The notes beneath the pieces are model-generated. The model made no database searches. It was given only the letters and a program-made list of their open reading frames with translations, and had not been told where the DNA came from. A DNA stretch of 64,000 nucleotides. Source: Myxococcota bacterium (GTDB lineage Bacteria > Myxococcota_A > Polyangia > Nannocystales > Nannocystaceae). Of the stretch, positions 8,838-19,321 are shown in pieces. The stretch lies in the NCBI GenBank assembly GCA_039028615.1, contig JBCCHT010000013.1, forward strand, positions 64,001 to 128,000. The letters are read 5' to 3'. The first letter of the stretch is position 1. Each line of letters opens with the position of its first letter. The translations under genes were made by a program, and so were the position numbers.

Positions 8838-11153
8838 ATGAACTTCGGTCACTGGCTTCGTTCGTGTTCCGTGTTGGCGGCCCTCACCCCGGCCGTCGCC
8901 CATGCGGCACCTGCTGCCGATCGACCGGAGCCCCCGTCGTCGGAGCCGCTGTCACCCGTCGAGCCGCGCGACACCTGCAAGAAGCAATCGCCCCACGCCA
9001 AGTTTCGGATCACGCTCGATCGCGAGGCACGACTGGTCGACCTGGTCCGGTGGATGAGCAGCGTCAGCTGCACGAAGTTCATCTGGAGCCCGGCCGTGCG
9101 CGACGGCAAGGTTACCGTGGTCTCACCCGAGCCGGTCACCATGCAACAGGCCTACGCGGCCTTCTACGCCGCATTGGAGACGATGGGGCTCACCGTGGAG
9201 GAGTCGGGGCGCTACCTCAAGATCGTCGAATCCAAGACCGCGTCTCGCGAGGTCGTGCCCGTGTATCGGCCGGGGCAGTCGGCGCCCGTGCAGGACCGCT
9301 TCGTGACTCAGCTGTATCGCCCGCACGAGGGACGGGTCGGCGACGTGGTGTCGGTCATCGAGCACCTCAAGGGCGAGCGCGGCACGGTGACCGCCGTCGG
9401 TGACCTCATCATCATCACCGACACGGGCACCAGCATCGACCGCATGTTGAAGGTCGTCCGCGAGGTCGACGTGGCCCCAGGGGAACGGGATGCGATCTTC
9501 ATGATGCCGCTGCGGCACGCCGAGCCCGAGGAAATCGCCCGCATCGTGGGCGAGGTGTTCATGGACAAGTCGGGGCCATCCAGCGGCGCGAGCTCGTCCA
9601 AGGGCAAGACCAAGACCAAGGGCAAGGCCAAGTCCCCGCCCGCATCGTCGTCGCGGGGGTCCACGGGCAGTGTGGGCGTGGACGAGGCCCGGGTCACGGG
9701 CATCTCCATCGACGCTCGGACGCGGACGTTGCTCATCACCGCGCCGCGGGCTGGGTTCCCCACCGTGCGGCGCTTCATCGAGCGCCTGGACGTGCCCGTG
9801 CCCGACGACGGCGGCACGCTGTTCGTGCTCCCGCTCAAGCACGCCGACCCCGAGGAAATCGCCCAGGTGCTGGGCAATCTCCCCACGAAAGGCGGAGCGG
9901 GGGGCCAGGGGAAGCCGGGGGCGAACGCGGCCCCAGCCCCCGGAGGAGTATCCATCGGGGGCGAAATCCACATCACCGCCGACCCGTCGACGCGCTCGCT
10001 GGTGGTGATGGCCTCGACCCACGACTTTCTCGCCTTGCGCCGGGTGGTGGAGGCGTTGGACGTCGAGCGGCGGCTCGTCTACATCGAGGCGTTCATCCTC
10101 GAGCTTTCGACCGAGCACAGCTTCGGTACCGATGCCTCGGCGCACTACGGCAGCGCCAGGGACGACGGCACGCTGGGCTTCGTGGGCAGCTCGCCCGGCA
10201 ACCTCAACTCGGCCGTGCTCGACACCAGCATCCTGACGGGGCTGGCCGCGGGGGTCATTGGGCCGGCCTTGCCGGGTTCGGACATCTTCGGGCTCGGCCA
10301 GGACCTGCCGTCGTTCGGCGTGGTCATTCAGGCGCTGGAGACCAACAAAGACGTCAACCTCGTGTCCGATCCGCACCTTTACACCTCCGACAACAAGACC
10401 GCCCGCATGGAGGTCGGCCAGAAGATTCCCGTGCCGGTCGGTTCCAATACCGTCAACGGCATCAACCCGGTGACCACGACCCAGTACACGCGCGAGGACA
10501 TCGCGCTGAAGCTGGAGGTCACGCCGCACGTGGGGGAGGGCGGGGCGCTGACCCTCGACATCATGATCGAAAACCAGGAGGTCGATAACCCGAACGCCGA
10601 GGGCGGTCCCACCACGAACAAGCGACGACTCGAGCTCGAGGAGGTCATCGCTCGCGACGGGCAGCCCGTGGTGCTGGGCGGCCTGGTCCAGGAAAAGGAA
10701 GAAATCGCCGAGCGACGGGTGCCGGGGCTGGGGGCCATCCCGCTTTTGGGCTGGCTGTTCAAGAAGCACGACCGGATCCGCCGCAAGACCAACCTGCTGG
10801 TGGTGTTGGTGCCGCATGTGCTCGACTCGCCCGACGACGCGCGACGCATCCACGCCCGTCGCATCGCCGAGCGCCGCGAGCTGCTCGAGCGGGAGACGGC
10901 CTTCAAACGTCGCGACCTCGACGCGCACGTCAACTACCGTCGCAAGTCCGGCTTGCTCGCCGCCGTCCACGCCGAGTCCCGGCGCATGAACGAGGAGGCC
11001 ACGCTGCGACAGGACGCCGAGGCCCAGATCGAGCGCTCGGTGGCCCACAGCATCGCTCCGGACGGCGTCTACGAGGTCACCGCCGCGCCCGAGCCCGCGC
11101 CGGCCGCCCCCGAGGTCGACCCGCGACTGCCCACGGGCGACGCCCGGCCGTGA
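8838..11153 (+). CDS. gspD: Type II secretion system secretin GspD
   Basis: Signal peptide, repeated secretin N domains (LRHAEPEEI, LKHADPEEI), secretin core, VPGLGAIPLLGWLFK...KTNLLVVLVPHV. Confidence 0.88.
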   Translation: MNFGHWLRSCSVLAALTPAVAHAAPAADRPEPPSSEPLSPVEPRDTCKKQSPHAKFRITLDREARLVDLVRWMSSVSCTKFIWSPAVRDGKVTVVSPEPVTMQQAYAAFYAALETMGLTVEESGRYLKIVESKTASREVVPVYRPGQSAPVQDRFVTQLYRPHEGRVGDVVSVIEHLKGERGTVTAVGDLIIITDTGTSIDRMLKVVREVDVAPGERDAIFMMPLRHAEPEEIARIVGEVFMDKSGPSSGASSSKGKTKTKGKAKSPPASSSRGSTGSVGVDEARVTGISIDARTRTLLITAPRAGFPTVRRFIERLDVPVPDDGGTLFVLPLKHADPEEIAQVLGNLPTKGGAGGQGKPGANAAPAPGGVSIGGEIHITADPSTRSLVVMASTHDFLALRRVVEALDVERRLVYIEAFILELSTEHSFGTDASAHYGSARDDGTLGFVGSSPGNLNSAVLDTSILTGLAAGVIGPALPGSDIFGLGQDLPSFGVVIQALETNKDVNLVSDPHLYTSDNKTARMEVGQKIPVPVGSNTVNGINPVTTTQYTREDIALKLEVTPHVGEGGALTLDIMIENQEVDNPNAEGGPTTNKRRLELEEVIARDGQPVVLGGLVQEKEEIAERRVPGLGAIPLLGWLFKKHDRIRRKTNLLVVLVPHVLDSPDDARRIHARRIAERRELLERETAFKRRDLDAHVNYRRKSGLLAAVHAESRRMNEEATLRQDAEAQIERSVAHSIAPDGVYEVTAAPEPAPAAPEVDPRLPTGDARP

Positions 11154-11884
11154 CGGCTGCTAGCGTGCCTGCCATGGCCCTGCCCCGAACCATCGACGTC
11201 ACCACCTCTTGGATGGCCTCCGTGCTGCGTCTGGGCGCGGGGATGTTCGCGGTGCACGCGGGGACTCGACGCCCCGAGCAGCCGCTGGAGCTGTACGAGT
11301 TCGAGGGATGCCCGTTTTGTCGCAAGGTTCGCGAGGCGCTGACCATGCTCGACCTGCCGGTCGTCGTCTACCCGTGCCCCAAGGGCGGCGAGGTCTACCG
11401 ACCCAAGGTCGTGCAGGAGGGCGGTCGCGAGATGTTCCCGTACCTGGTCGACCCCAACGCGGGCATCGGCATGTACGAGTCGAGCGACATCATCCGGTAC
11501 CTGTACGAGACCTACGGCAATCGCTCCGCGCCGTGGTGGTTGCACAGTGACATCTCGTTGCCCCTCGGGTCGCTCGCCTCCGTGGTCCGCACGCCGGGCG
11601 GGGTGTTTCGCCGGGCCTCGGTCGCTCCGGTCGAGCCGCTCGAGCTGTACAGCTTCGAGGCCTCGCCGTACTGCCGCATCGCTCGCGAGGCGCTGTGCGA
11701 GCTCGAGCTTCCGTACCGACTCATCAACGTCGGCAAGCGCAGCGCCGCTCGAGCCGCCTTCCGCGAGCGCTCGGGCCGGATGATGGTGCCCTGGCTGCAC
11801 GACCCCAACTCGGGCACGGACATGTTCGAGTCGGGGGACATCGCGGCCTACCTGCGTCGCACCTACGGTCGGGCCGACGCTTGA
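11150..11884 (+). CDS. Tandem glutathione S-transferase N-terminal/glutaredoxin-like domain protein
   Basis: Two repeats: LELYEFEGCPFCRKVRE and LELYSFEASPYCRIARE, each followed by P(Y/W)LxDPN..MxES. Confidence 0.88.
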   Translation: MTAASVPAMALPRTIDVTTSWMASVLRLGAGMFAVHAGTRRPEQPLELYEFEGCPFCRKVREALTMLDLPVVVYPCPKGGEVYRPKVVQEGGREMFPYLVDPNAGIGMYESSDIIRYLYETYGNRSAPWWLHSDISLPLGSLASVVRTPGGVFRRASVAPVEPLELYSFEASPYCRIAREALCELELPYRLINVGKRSAARAAFRERSGRMMVPWLHDPNSGTDMFESGDIAAYLRRTYGRADA

Positions 11885-11943
11885 AAACGCGGTGATTCCA
11901 ACCGCTTGCCCGACCCTCCTTCGATCCTGCTAGAACCGCCGAA

Positions 11944-14604
11944 ATGGCGGCTCCTCACACCTCGGCGGACACGCCGGTGATGAAGCAGTTCCTCGAGATC
12001 AAGTCCCGCTACCCGGACTCGATCTTGATGTTTCGGATGGGGGACTTCTACGAGATGTTCTTCGAGGACGCGGTCGTGGCTGCGCCGGTCCTCGACATCG
12101 CGCTGACCTCCCGCGACAAGGGAGTCGAGAACGCGGTGCCCATGGCCGGCATCCCGCACCACGCGCTCGGGGGATACCTTCGTACGCTGGTCGAGCGCGG
12201 GATGAAGGTCGCCATCTGCGAGCAGATGGAGACGCCCGAGCAGGCGCGCAAGCGCAAGGGCCCCAAGATCGTCCGACGCGAGGTCGTGCGGGTGGTGACC
12301 CCGGGCGCGCTGGTCGACGAGGAGCACCTGCGCTCGGGCGAGCCCAACTTCCTCGCCGCGGTGGTGGCCGACGAGGACAAGATGCCGGGCGGCTGCAGCC
12401 TGGCCATGCTCGACATCTCCGCGGGCGAGTTCGTCATCATCGACGCGGACTCGGGTACGACCGCAAGCGCGGAGCTTGCGCGATTCGACCCGCGCGAGGT
12501 GCTGGCCGCCCCCGCGATTCACCCCTGGCTGAACACCGCGATGGGCCCCGAGCCGCCGCGGCTGGAGTCGATCCTCGAGGGGCCGTCCAAGCTGGAGCTC
12601 AAGCGGGTGCAGGCGCTGGCCAAAGAGGCGGGGGCCAAGCTGGGGCCGCGGGCGGCAGCGGCCGGGGCTGCGGCGCTGGCCTACGCCGAGGCGACGCAGC
12701 CGGGGCAGACGCTGCTGCTGCATCGCGTGCGTCGGCACGTGCCCTCCTCGCACCTGGTGCTCGACGAGGCCTCGGTCCGCAACCTCGAGCTGTTTCGGAC
12801 GCTGCGCGACGGCTCGCGCAAGGGCTCGCTTTTGTGGTCCATCGACGAGACCCGCACCGCGATGGGGGCACGCACGCTGCGGTCCTGGCTCGGGGCGCCC
12901 TCGCGAGACATCGAGACCATCCGGGCCCGCGCCGACGGCATCGAGGCGCTGCTGCAGGAGCCCGGGCTGCGGGAGCAGCTGCAATCGCGGCTCAAGGACG
13001 TCCGCGACATCGTACGGCTGGCCGCGCGCGCTCGCCTGGGCACGGTGACGCCGCGGGAGCTGGGCAACCTGCGCCTGTCACTGGAGGCCCTGCCGAACCT
13101 CGCCAGCCTGGTGGGTGAGCTGGCCGAGCGCCGCACCGACGGCACGCTGCCCGCCTTGCTCGACCTGGGCGAGGACCTGCTCACGGATCTGCACGCCGAC
13201 CTGGCCGGGACCCTGGTCGACGACCCTCCGGCCCATGCTCGCGACGGCGGCATCATTCGCACGGGGGCCGACAAAGCCCTCGACGAGCAGCGAGCCCTGC
13301 GAGACGGCGGACGCGAGGCTCTGGCGGCCATCGAGACCCGCGAGCGCGAGCGGACCAGCATTCCCACGCTCAAGGTCCAGCACAACCGGGTGTTCGGCTA
13401 CTTCCTCGAGGTGCCCAAGGCTCACCTGTCGCGGGTGCCGGACGACTATGTCCGCAAGCAGACGCTGGCCAGCGCCGAGCGCTACGTCACCGAGGAGCTG
13501 GCGGGCTACGAGTCCAAGGTGCTGGGGGCCCAGGCCCAGGCGCTGGCGCGCGAGCAGGAGCTGTTCCTCGCCATCCGCAAGCGGGTGAGCGACCAGGGCG
13601 AGCGCTTGGGCCGAGTGGGCGAGCGCCTGGCGGTGGTCGACGTGCTCACGGGGCTGGCCGAGGTCGCCTCGCGTCACGACTTCTGCCGACCGACCATCGT
13701 CGAAAACCCCATCCTCGAGATCGAGCAGGGCCGCCACCCGGTGGTCGAGCGCATGCTCGGGGCGGGGCGCTTCGTGCCCAACGATACCCGGCTGCGGGCG
13801 CAGGGCGGCTCGGTGGGCGTCGACGATGCCCGCGTGCAGCTCATCACCGGACCCAACATGGGCGGCAAGAGCACGGTGATGCGCCAGGTGGCGCTCATCG
13901 CCATCTTGGCGCACATGGGCAGCTTCGTGCCCGCGGTCAGTGCCACCGTGGGGCTGGCCGACCGGGTGTTCACCCGCGTGGGGGCGGCCGACGACCTCGG
14001 GCGTGGCGACTCGACGTTCATGGTCGAGATGCGGGAGACGGCGCAGATCCTCTCGCACGCCAGCGAGCGCAGCCTGGTGCTGCTGGACGAGATCGGCCGC
14101 GGCACGGCGACCTTCGACGGCCTCGCGCTGGCGTGGGCCATCACCGAGTACCTGCACGATCAGGTCGGCTGCCGCACCATGTTCGCGACCCACTATCACG
14201 AGCTGTGTGCGCTGGAGAACAGCCTGGCCGGGGTCCGCAACATCCACGTCACCGTGCACGAGCAGCGCGGGCGCATCGTGTTCCTGCACCAGGTGCAGCC
14301 CGGCCCGGCGGGTCGCAGCTACGGCATCCAGGTGGGGCGCTTGGCCGGGCTCCCGGCTCGGGTGCTGCGACGCGCCGACCGGATCCTCGGACGGCTCGAG
14401 GCCAACCCCCACGCCGGGGGAGCGCCGCAGATGGACCTGTTCACGCCTTCGGCCCCCATCGAGCCCAGCGGCGGTCCCCGCTCGGACGACCCGGCGGTGC
14501 AGGAGGTGCTCGAGACGCTCGCCGATCTCGATGCCGACGACCTGTCGCCACGCCAGGCTCATGACCAGCTGCGGGCCATCCTCGAGCGTCTGCACGGCGG
14601 CTGA
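11944..14604 (+). CDS. mutS: DNA mismatch repair protein MutS
   Basis: TPVMKQF, GDFYE, Walker A GPNMGGKST, STFMVEM, DEIGRG, FATHYHEL, C-terminal QMDLF clamp-binding motif. Confidence 0.98.
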   Translation: MAAPHTSADTPVMKQFLEIKSRYPDSILMFRMGDFYEMFFEDAVVAAPVLDIALTSRDKGVENAVPMAGIPHHALGGYLRTLVERGMKVAICEQMETPEQARKRKGPKIVRREVVRVVTPGALVDEEHLRSGEPNFLAAVVADEDKMPGGCSLAMLDISAGEFVIIDADSGTTASAELARFDPREVLAAPAIHPWLNTAMGPEPPRLESILEGPSKLELKRVQALAKEAGAKLGPRAAAAGAAALAYAEATQPGQTLLLHRVRRHVPSSHLVLDEASVRNLELFRTLRDGSRKGSLLWSIDETRTAMGARTLRSWLGAPSRDIETIRARADGIEALLQEPGLREQLQSRLKDVRDIVRLAARARLGTVTPRELGNLRLSLEALPNLASLVGELAERRTDGTLPALLDLGEDLLTDLHADLAGTLVDDPPAHARDGGIIRTGADKALDEQRALRDGGREALAAIETRERERTSIPTLKVQHNRVFGYFLEVPKAHLSRVPDDYVRKQTLASAERYVTEELAGYESKVLGAQAQALAREQELFLAIRKRVSDQGERLGRVGERLAVVDVLTGLAEVASRHDFCRPTIVENPILEIEQGRHPVVERMLGAGRFVPNDTRLRAQGGSVGVDDARVQLITGPNMGGKSTVMRQVALIAILAHMGSFVPAVSATVGLADRVFTRVGAADDLGRGDSTFMVEMRETAQILSHASERSLVLLDEIGRGTATFDGLALAWAITEYLHDQVGCRTMFATHYHELCALENSLAGVRNIHVTVHEQRGRIVFLHQVQPGPAGRSYGIQVGRLAGLPARVLRRADRILGRLEANPHAGGAPQMDLFTPSAPIEPSGGPRSDDPAVQEVLETLADLDADDLSPRQAHDQLRAILERLHGG

Positions 14605-14816
14605 GCCGAGTCGGGGATGCCCTGCGCCCCGGGGATCGGGCTCGCCGGATCCACTGGGTCCGACGATCGCGTAGTCCCGACGGACCTCCAAACATCACCG
14701 GATCTCGGCGCCCGCGATCGGCCCCGACGCCCGACTGGATCGCGGTGGCAGAATCCCCGTGGGCCCGGGTGCCGCCCTGACAATGTCGGACTGGGTGTGT
14801 TAGCGTCGCACCGATC

Positions 14817-15875
14817 GTGATGACGACCATGCGGACTCTATCGTGTACGACCATGGCCCTCGCGCTCGCCCTCTTCGGGGGCTGTGGCAAGGGGGGAAAC
14901 ACCGTCAACCCGGACCAGGGCAGCAACCTCGTCGGTTCATTCGAGGATGATGGCTCGAGCATCGACGACGAGGACCTGGGGGGCTTTGACGACGAGGACG
15001 ACGAGTTCGCCGACGATGGCTCCGAGGTCGAGGTCGAGAAGCTCGCCGACCTCCCCAAGCGCGCCAAGCCGGTCAAGAAGTGCAAGGGCAAGGGCAAGAA
15101 GCGCAAGTGCGGCATGACCGACCCCAAGCCCAAGGTGAGCGCGTCCTATGGCGCCCGCACCCTCAAGGGCGACTTCCGCTGGGGCATGAACACCCGCGAC
15201 GTCTTCAAGCTGCTGTCGCGCGAGATCGACGCCGAGTACGACAAGCGCCAAGAGTCGGCCGGCGGCGACGCGATGGCCCAGGACAACGCCCGCACCTGGC
15301 GGTCCGACCAGGTCAAGAGCCTCAAGGCCAACCACACCCGCTTCAAGTCGGCCTCCAAGCACCGCTGGGGCGTCTCGCTCATCCAGTACGAGTACGAGGA
15401 CGACTCCGAGGAGGAAATGCTGTGGGTGAAGGCCAACCCCAACCTGCGGAAGTTCTACTTCTTCAAGGACGGCGAGCTGTGGAAGATCTTCTACGCCTAC
15501 AGCCCCGAGAGCTGGCCCGGCAAGCCCTACGCCGACGTCGTCGAGGAGAAGTTCAAGAAGTGGTTCGGCATCAGCCCCGACGAGCGCGTCAAGCAGGACC
15601 CGGAGACGGCCGCCCCGCTGGTGCGCTTCTTCGAGTGGAAGTCGTCCGACGGTGACATCGTCCGCTCCTTCGACATGACCGCCGTGCACGGCGTCATCGG
15701 CCTGGCGGTCATCGATCAGGGCACCGAGGACTCGGTCGGCGAGCGCCTGCCCAACGTCGGTCGCGACGAGGACATCGGCGGTGTGGTCGGTGACGTGCTC
15801 GGTGGCTCCGACGTCTGCTACGACAACGACGGCGAGATCGTCGAGTGTGACGACAGCGGCGGCGACGGCCTCTAA
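14817..15875 (+). CDS. Hypothetical lipoprotein
   Basis: Lipobox FGGC, acidic tract, basic CKGKGKKRKC segment, strong GC3 codon bias. Confidence 0.75.
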   Translation: MMTTMRTLSCTTMALALALFGGCGKGGNTVNPDQGSNLVGSFEDDGSSIDDEDLGGFDDEDDEFADDGSEVEVEKLADLPKRAKPVKKCKGKGKKRKCGMTDPKPKVSASYGARTLKGDFRWGMNTRDVFKLLSREIDAEYDKRQESAGGDAMAQDNARTWRSDQVKSLKANHTRFKSASKHRWGVSLIQYEYEDDSEEEMLWVKANPNLRKFYFFKDGELWKIFYAYSPESWPGKPYADVVEEKFKKWFGISPDERVKQDPETAAPLVRFFEWKSSDGDIVRSFDMTAVHGVIGLAVIDQGTEDSVGERLPNVGRDEDIGGVVGDVLGGSDVCYDNDGEIVECDDSGGDGL

Positions 15876-15955
15876 GCCCCGCCGACCTTCGTTGCTCAGG
15901 CGCGCCCCGTGGCTTCATGTCGCGGGGCGTCGTCGTATGAGAAGCTCGACCGCGC

Positions 15956-16882
15956 ATGAGCGCCGCCGCGGACCCCTTTGCGCCCCTGGAGCCGGGCGAG
16001 TACGTGCTGCTGCGAGGAGGCTACGGAGGCTTCGCCAAGTACATCTGGAGCGTGATCTTCGGGGGCTTCGCCATCTTCAGCGTGCTGACGCCCATCGGCA
16101 TCCTGATCTTCGGCACCCTGACCACGCAGGACTGGGTGCCATCGCTCGTCTTGGGCCCGCTGATGGCCCTCATCGCCGCCGTGCCCTGGCTCCGCTCGGG
16201 AGCCTACCGCCTGACCAACCGACGGCTGTCGTTCAAGCCGTCGCTGCGGGCGGTTCGCGAGGCGAGGTTGTCGGAGATTACGGCGCTCGAGGACGTCGGC
16301 GATCGCAAGCAGGGGCTGCGGGTGCTGACCGCCGACCAAAAACTCGACCTGCGCAACGTCAGCAAGTGGCAGCGGCTGTGGGGGGCCATCTTGCTTTATC
16401 GCATCGAGGGCATGGACGAGCCGCTGCCGCCGGCCAAGGGCCGGGTGAGCCACGTCCGCATGCGGTGCTTCCACCAGACGGGGCGCGGGCGCTTCGGCCG
16501 GGGCACGCTGGTGCTGCGGCCCACCTACGGGGTGTTCTTGCCCGACGGCTCCGAGGTGAACGCGTTGCGTGAGGGCATCGCGGCATTGGTGAGCAGCACG
16601 ACCACCATTCACGCCCAGCTGCCCACCATGGAGTACGTGGGGCGGCTGGCGATCGCCGGAGACGACATCTTCGACGACCGGCTGCGGGCGCTGGCGAGGC
16701 GCATCGATGCCACGGCGCTGACCCCGGGGCAGCTGCCGGGCCTCGTGCGCCCGGTCCGGCTGTGGAAGGCCCGCACGATGGTCCGATTGCGCGAGGGCTT
16801 CGTGATGATGCAGGGCTCGTGCCCCACTGCGATGGCCGAGGCGGCGCCCTGGTTGGACACCTGGGGCCGCCCGCCGGGCTGA
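15956..16882 (+). CDS. Hypothetical membrane protein (possible bacterial PH-like domain)
   Basis: Two TM helices followed by YRLTNRRL motif. Confidence 0.65.
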   Translation: MSAAADPFAPLEPGEYVLLRGGYGGFAKYIWSVIFGGFAIFSVLTPIGILIFGTLTTQDWVPSLVLGPLMALIAAVPWLRSGAYRLTNRRLSFKPSLRAVREARLSEITALEDVGDRKQGLRVLTADQKLDLRNVSKWQRLWGAILLYRIEGMDEPLPPAKGRVSHVRMRCFHQTGRGRFGRGTLVLRPTYGVFLPDGSEVNALREGIAALVSSTTTIHAQLPTMEYVGRLAIAGDDIFDDRLRALARRIDATALTPGQLPGLVRPVRLWKARTMVRLREGFVMMQGSCPTAMAEAAPWLDTWGRPPG

Positions 16883-16897
16883 GTCGGTGTGCCGCCC

Positions 16898-19321
16898 TCA
16901 GTGGCGGAAGTAGAGCACCGCCGAGCGCTGCTCGAGCCCGGTCTCGAACTCCACCGACTTCGAACGAATGCCGGGCGGGCGCTCGACCGGCAGGTGGGTG
17001 GGGTGGGGCACCCCGAACACCACCTCGGTCATGAAGTTGGTCCACAGCGGGGTGGCGGTGGTGTAGCTGGCCTCTTCGTCGCCCATCGAGCGCTCGTACT
17101 CGTCGTCGCCCATCCAGGCGGCGGTGACGTAGCGACCGGTGAAGCCGAGGAACCAGGTGTCGGTGGTGTTCTTGGCCTTGGACGCGGTGCCGCTCTTGCC
17201 CCCCGCGGGCAGGCCGATCTTCTGCGCGCGCCGGCCGATGCCCGAGGTCACCACGTCTCGCATCATGCGGGTGATGAGGAACGCCGTGCGCTCGTCCACG
17301 AGCTGGGTGGGGGCGTCGGCGGTGGCCAGGCGCCCCATGGCGTCGAGGCGCCCGGCGACGTCCATGGACTCGTCGTAGGGGTGGCGATGGTCGAGCACGA
17401 CCACGCCGCGCTTGTCGGTCACCCGACGCACGTAGCGGGGCTGCCAGCTCTGGCCCCCGCGCACGAAGATGCCGAAGGCTCGAGTCAGCTCGTCCATGCG
17501 CACGCACGAGGCCCCGAGCGACAGCGCCTTGTCGGCGATGAGCTCGGTGGTCAGCCCCAGCCGTCGCGCCCAGGTCACCACGTTGGCCGCGCCCAGCTGC
17601 TTGAACAGCCGAATCGAGGGCAGGTTGAGCGAGTGGATGAACGCGTTGCGCAGCAGGATCCGGCCGGACAAGGTGCCGTGGATGTTCTGCGGGTTCCACT
17701 CTTCGCCGGGGTCGGGCTCGTACGCCTTGTCCTCGAGCATCGAGTCCATGGCGAAGCGCGGCGTGTCGAGGGCGAGGCCGTAGTAAATGGCCTTGAACAC
17801 GCTGCCGGGCTGCCGACAGGCCTGCGTCGTGCGGTTGAACTGCGAGTGATCGTAGTCCCAGCCGCCCTGCATGGCGACGACGTAGCCGGTCTGGTGATCG
17901 GTGGTGTACAGCGCGGCCTCGGTGCGCGGGCTCTGGCTGAGGCGCGAGACGATGAGGTCGGGTCGCTCGGGGTCGGGCGGCGTGCTGCGGGGGTTTTCGA
18001 CCCGCTGGATCCACACCACGTCGCCGGCCTCGAGCGCATTGCGGACGTCGTGCAGCTCGACCCCGTTGCGCCCCGTGTTGCGGTCGTAGCGGGAGGCCCA
18101 GCTCATGTGGCGCAGCGGCACGATGCCCTGCGCGTCGCCGACCTCGACCCAGGCGTTGAACTTGTTGACCTCGGTGACCAGGGCGAGCACGTAGCGGCTC
18201 GAGTCCTCCAGCGGGGTGGGGCCGTAGTGGTCACGGAGGCGCTGGCGGAACGCCTCGCGCTGGGACTCGGTGCGCAGGTTGGCCTCGGGCCCGCGCCAGC
18301 CCTGGCGCCCGTCGAGCTTGCGGACGCCGCGGTCCACCGAGGCGGCGGCGTGGTGCTGCAGCGCCAGCTGCACCGGGGTCTCGATCTGGAGGCCATCGGT
18401 GAGCACCGACTCTTCGCCCAGGGCGTCGATGACCTCGCGCCGGGCCTGCTCGCCGTAGTAGGGCGCGCGCTCGCGGAAGGGGTCGGGCGCATCGTCGGCC
18501 AGCACGATGGGCTCCGCGTCGGCGGCATCGCGCTGCTCGGCGTCGATGTAGCCGGCCTCGACCATGTCTTGCAGCACGACACCCCGGCGACGCTCGGCCC
18601 GCTCCATGCTCGCGAAGGGGCTGTAGCGGCTGGGGGCGCGCGCCAGGCCGGCAATCATGGCGCACTCGGCCAGGCTCAGGTCGGCGAGCTCCTTGCCGAA
18701 GTAGCGACTGGCCGCGGTGGCCACCCCGTAGGCGCCGTGCCCGAGGAAGATCTTGTTGAGGTAGACCTCGAGGATCTGCGACTTGTCGAGCCGCGACTCC
18801 ATGCGCACCGACAAGATCGCCTCGCGAAGCTTGCGGGTGATGGTCTGCTCGCGCGTCAGGTAGCCCTTGGCGACCTGCTGGGTGATGGTGGAGCCGCCCT
18901 GCGCGATGGTGCCCGACCGGAAGTTGGCCACCACCGCCCGCGCGAGGCCGCGGTAGTCGAGGCCGCCGTGCTCGAAGAAGCGGCGGTCCTCGGCGGCCAT
19001 GAATGCCTCGATGAGCTGCGTGGGGATCTCGTCGTACCCCGCGTAGGCACGGTGCTCCCGGGCCACCTCGACCAGCATGGCGCCGCTGCTGGCGTAGACC
19101 CGGGTGACCCCGGGGGCGAGCGACGCGTAGCTCTCGATCGAGCTGACCTGCGGCAGGTCGGTGGCGAAGTGGCGGTAGGTCGAGACCCCGGCGAGCACCA
19201 GGACCCAGAACAGCCCCACGAGGGCGAACACCACATAGCGAAAGAGCCAGCCAATGAGGCCGGCTCTCGCGGGGTTCTTAACCCAAACCCGGGTGGGCTT
19301 AGCCGTCTCCGCCGCTTCCAT
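16898..19321 (-). CDS. mrcA: Class A penicillin-binding protein (PBP1A family)
   Basis: Transglycosylase motifs EDRRFFEH, GGSTITQQ, RKLRE, YLNKI; transpeptidase motifs SVFK, SLN, KSG. Confidence 0.92.
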   Translation of the reverse strand: MEAAETAKPTRVWVKNPARAGLIGWLFRYVVFALVGLFWVLVLAGVSTYRHFATDLPQVSSIESYASLAPGVTRVYASSGAMLVEVAREHRAYAGYDEIPTQLIEAFMAAEDRRFFEHGGLDYRGLARAVVANFRSGTIAQGGSTITQQVAKGYLTREQTITRKLREAILSVRMESRLDKSQILEVYLNKIFLGHGAYGVATAASRYFGKELADLSLAECAMIAGLARAPSRYSPFASMERAERRRGVVLQDMVEAGYIDAEQRDAADAEPIVLADDAPDPFRERAPYYGEQARREVIDALGEESVLTDGLQIETPVQLALQHHAAASVDRGVRKLDGRQGWRGPEANLRTESQREAFRQRLRDHYGPTPLEDSSRYVLALVTEVNKFNAWVEVGDAQGIVPLRHMSWASRYDRNTGRNGVELHDVRNALEAGDVVWIQRVENPRSTPPDPERPDLIVSRLSQSPRTEAALYTTDHQTGYVVAMQGGWDYDHSQFNRTTQACRQPGSVFKAIYYGLALDTPRFAMDSMLEDKAYEPDPGEEWNPQNIHGTLSGRILLRNAFIHSLNLPSIRLFKQLGAANVVTWARRLGLTTELIADKALSLGASCVRMDELTRAFGIFVRGGQSWQPRYVRRVTDKRGVVVLDHRHPYDESMDVAGRLDAMGRLATADAPTQLVDERTAFLITRMMRDVVTSGIGRRAQKIGLPAGGKSGTASKAKNTTDTWFLGFTGRYVTAAWMGDDEYERSMGDEEASYTTATPLWTNFMTEVVFGVPHPTHLPVERPPGIRSKSVEFETGLEQRSAVLYFRH

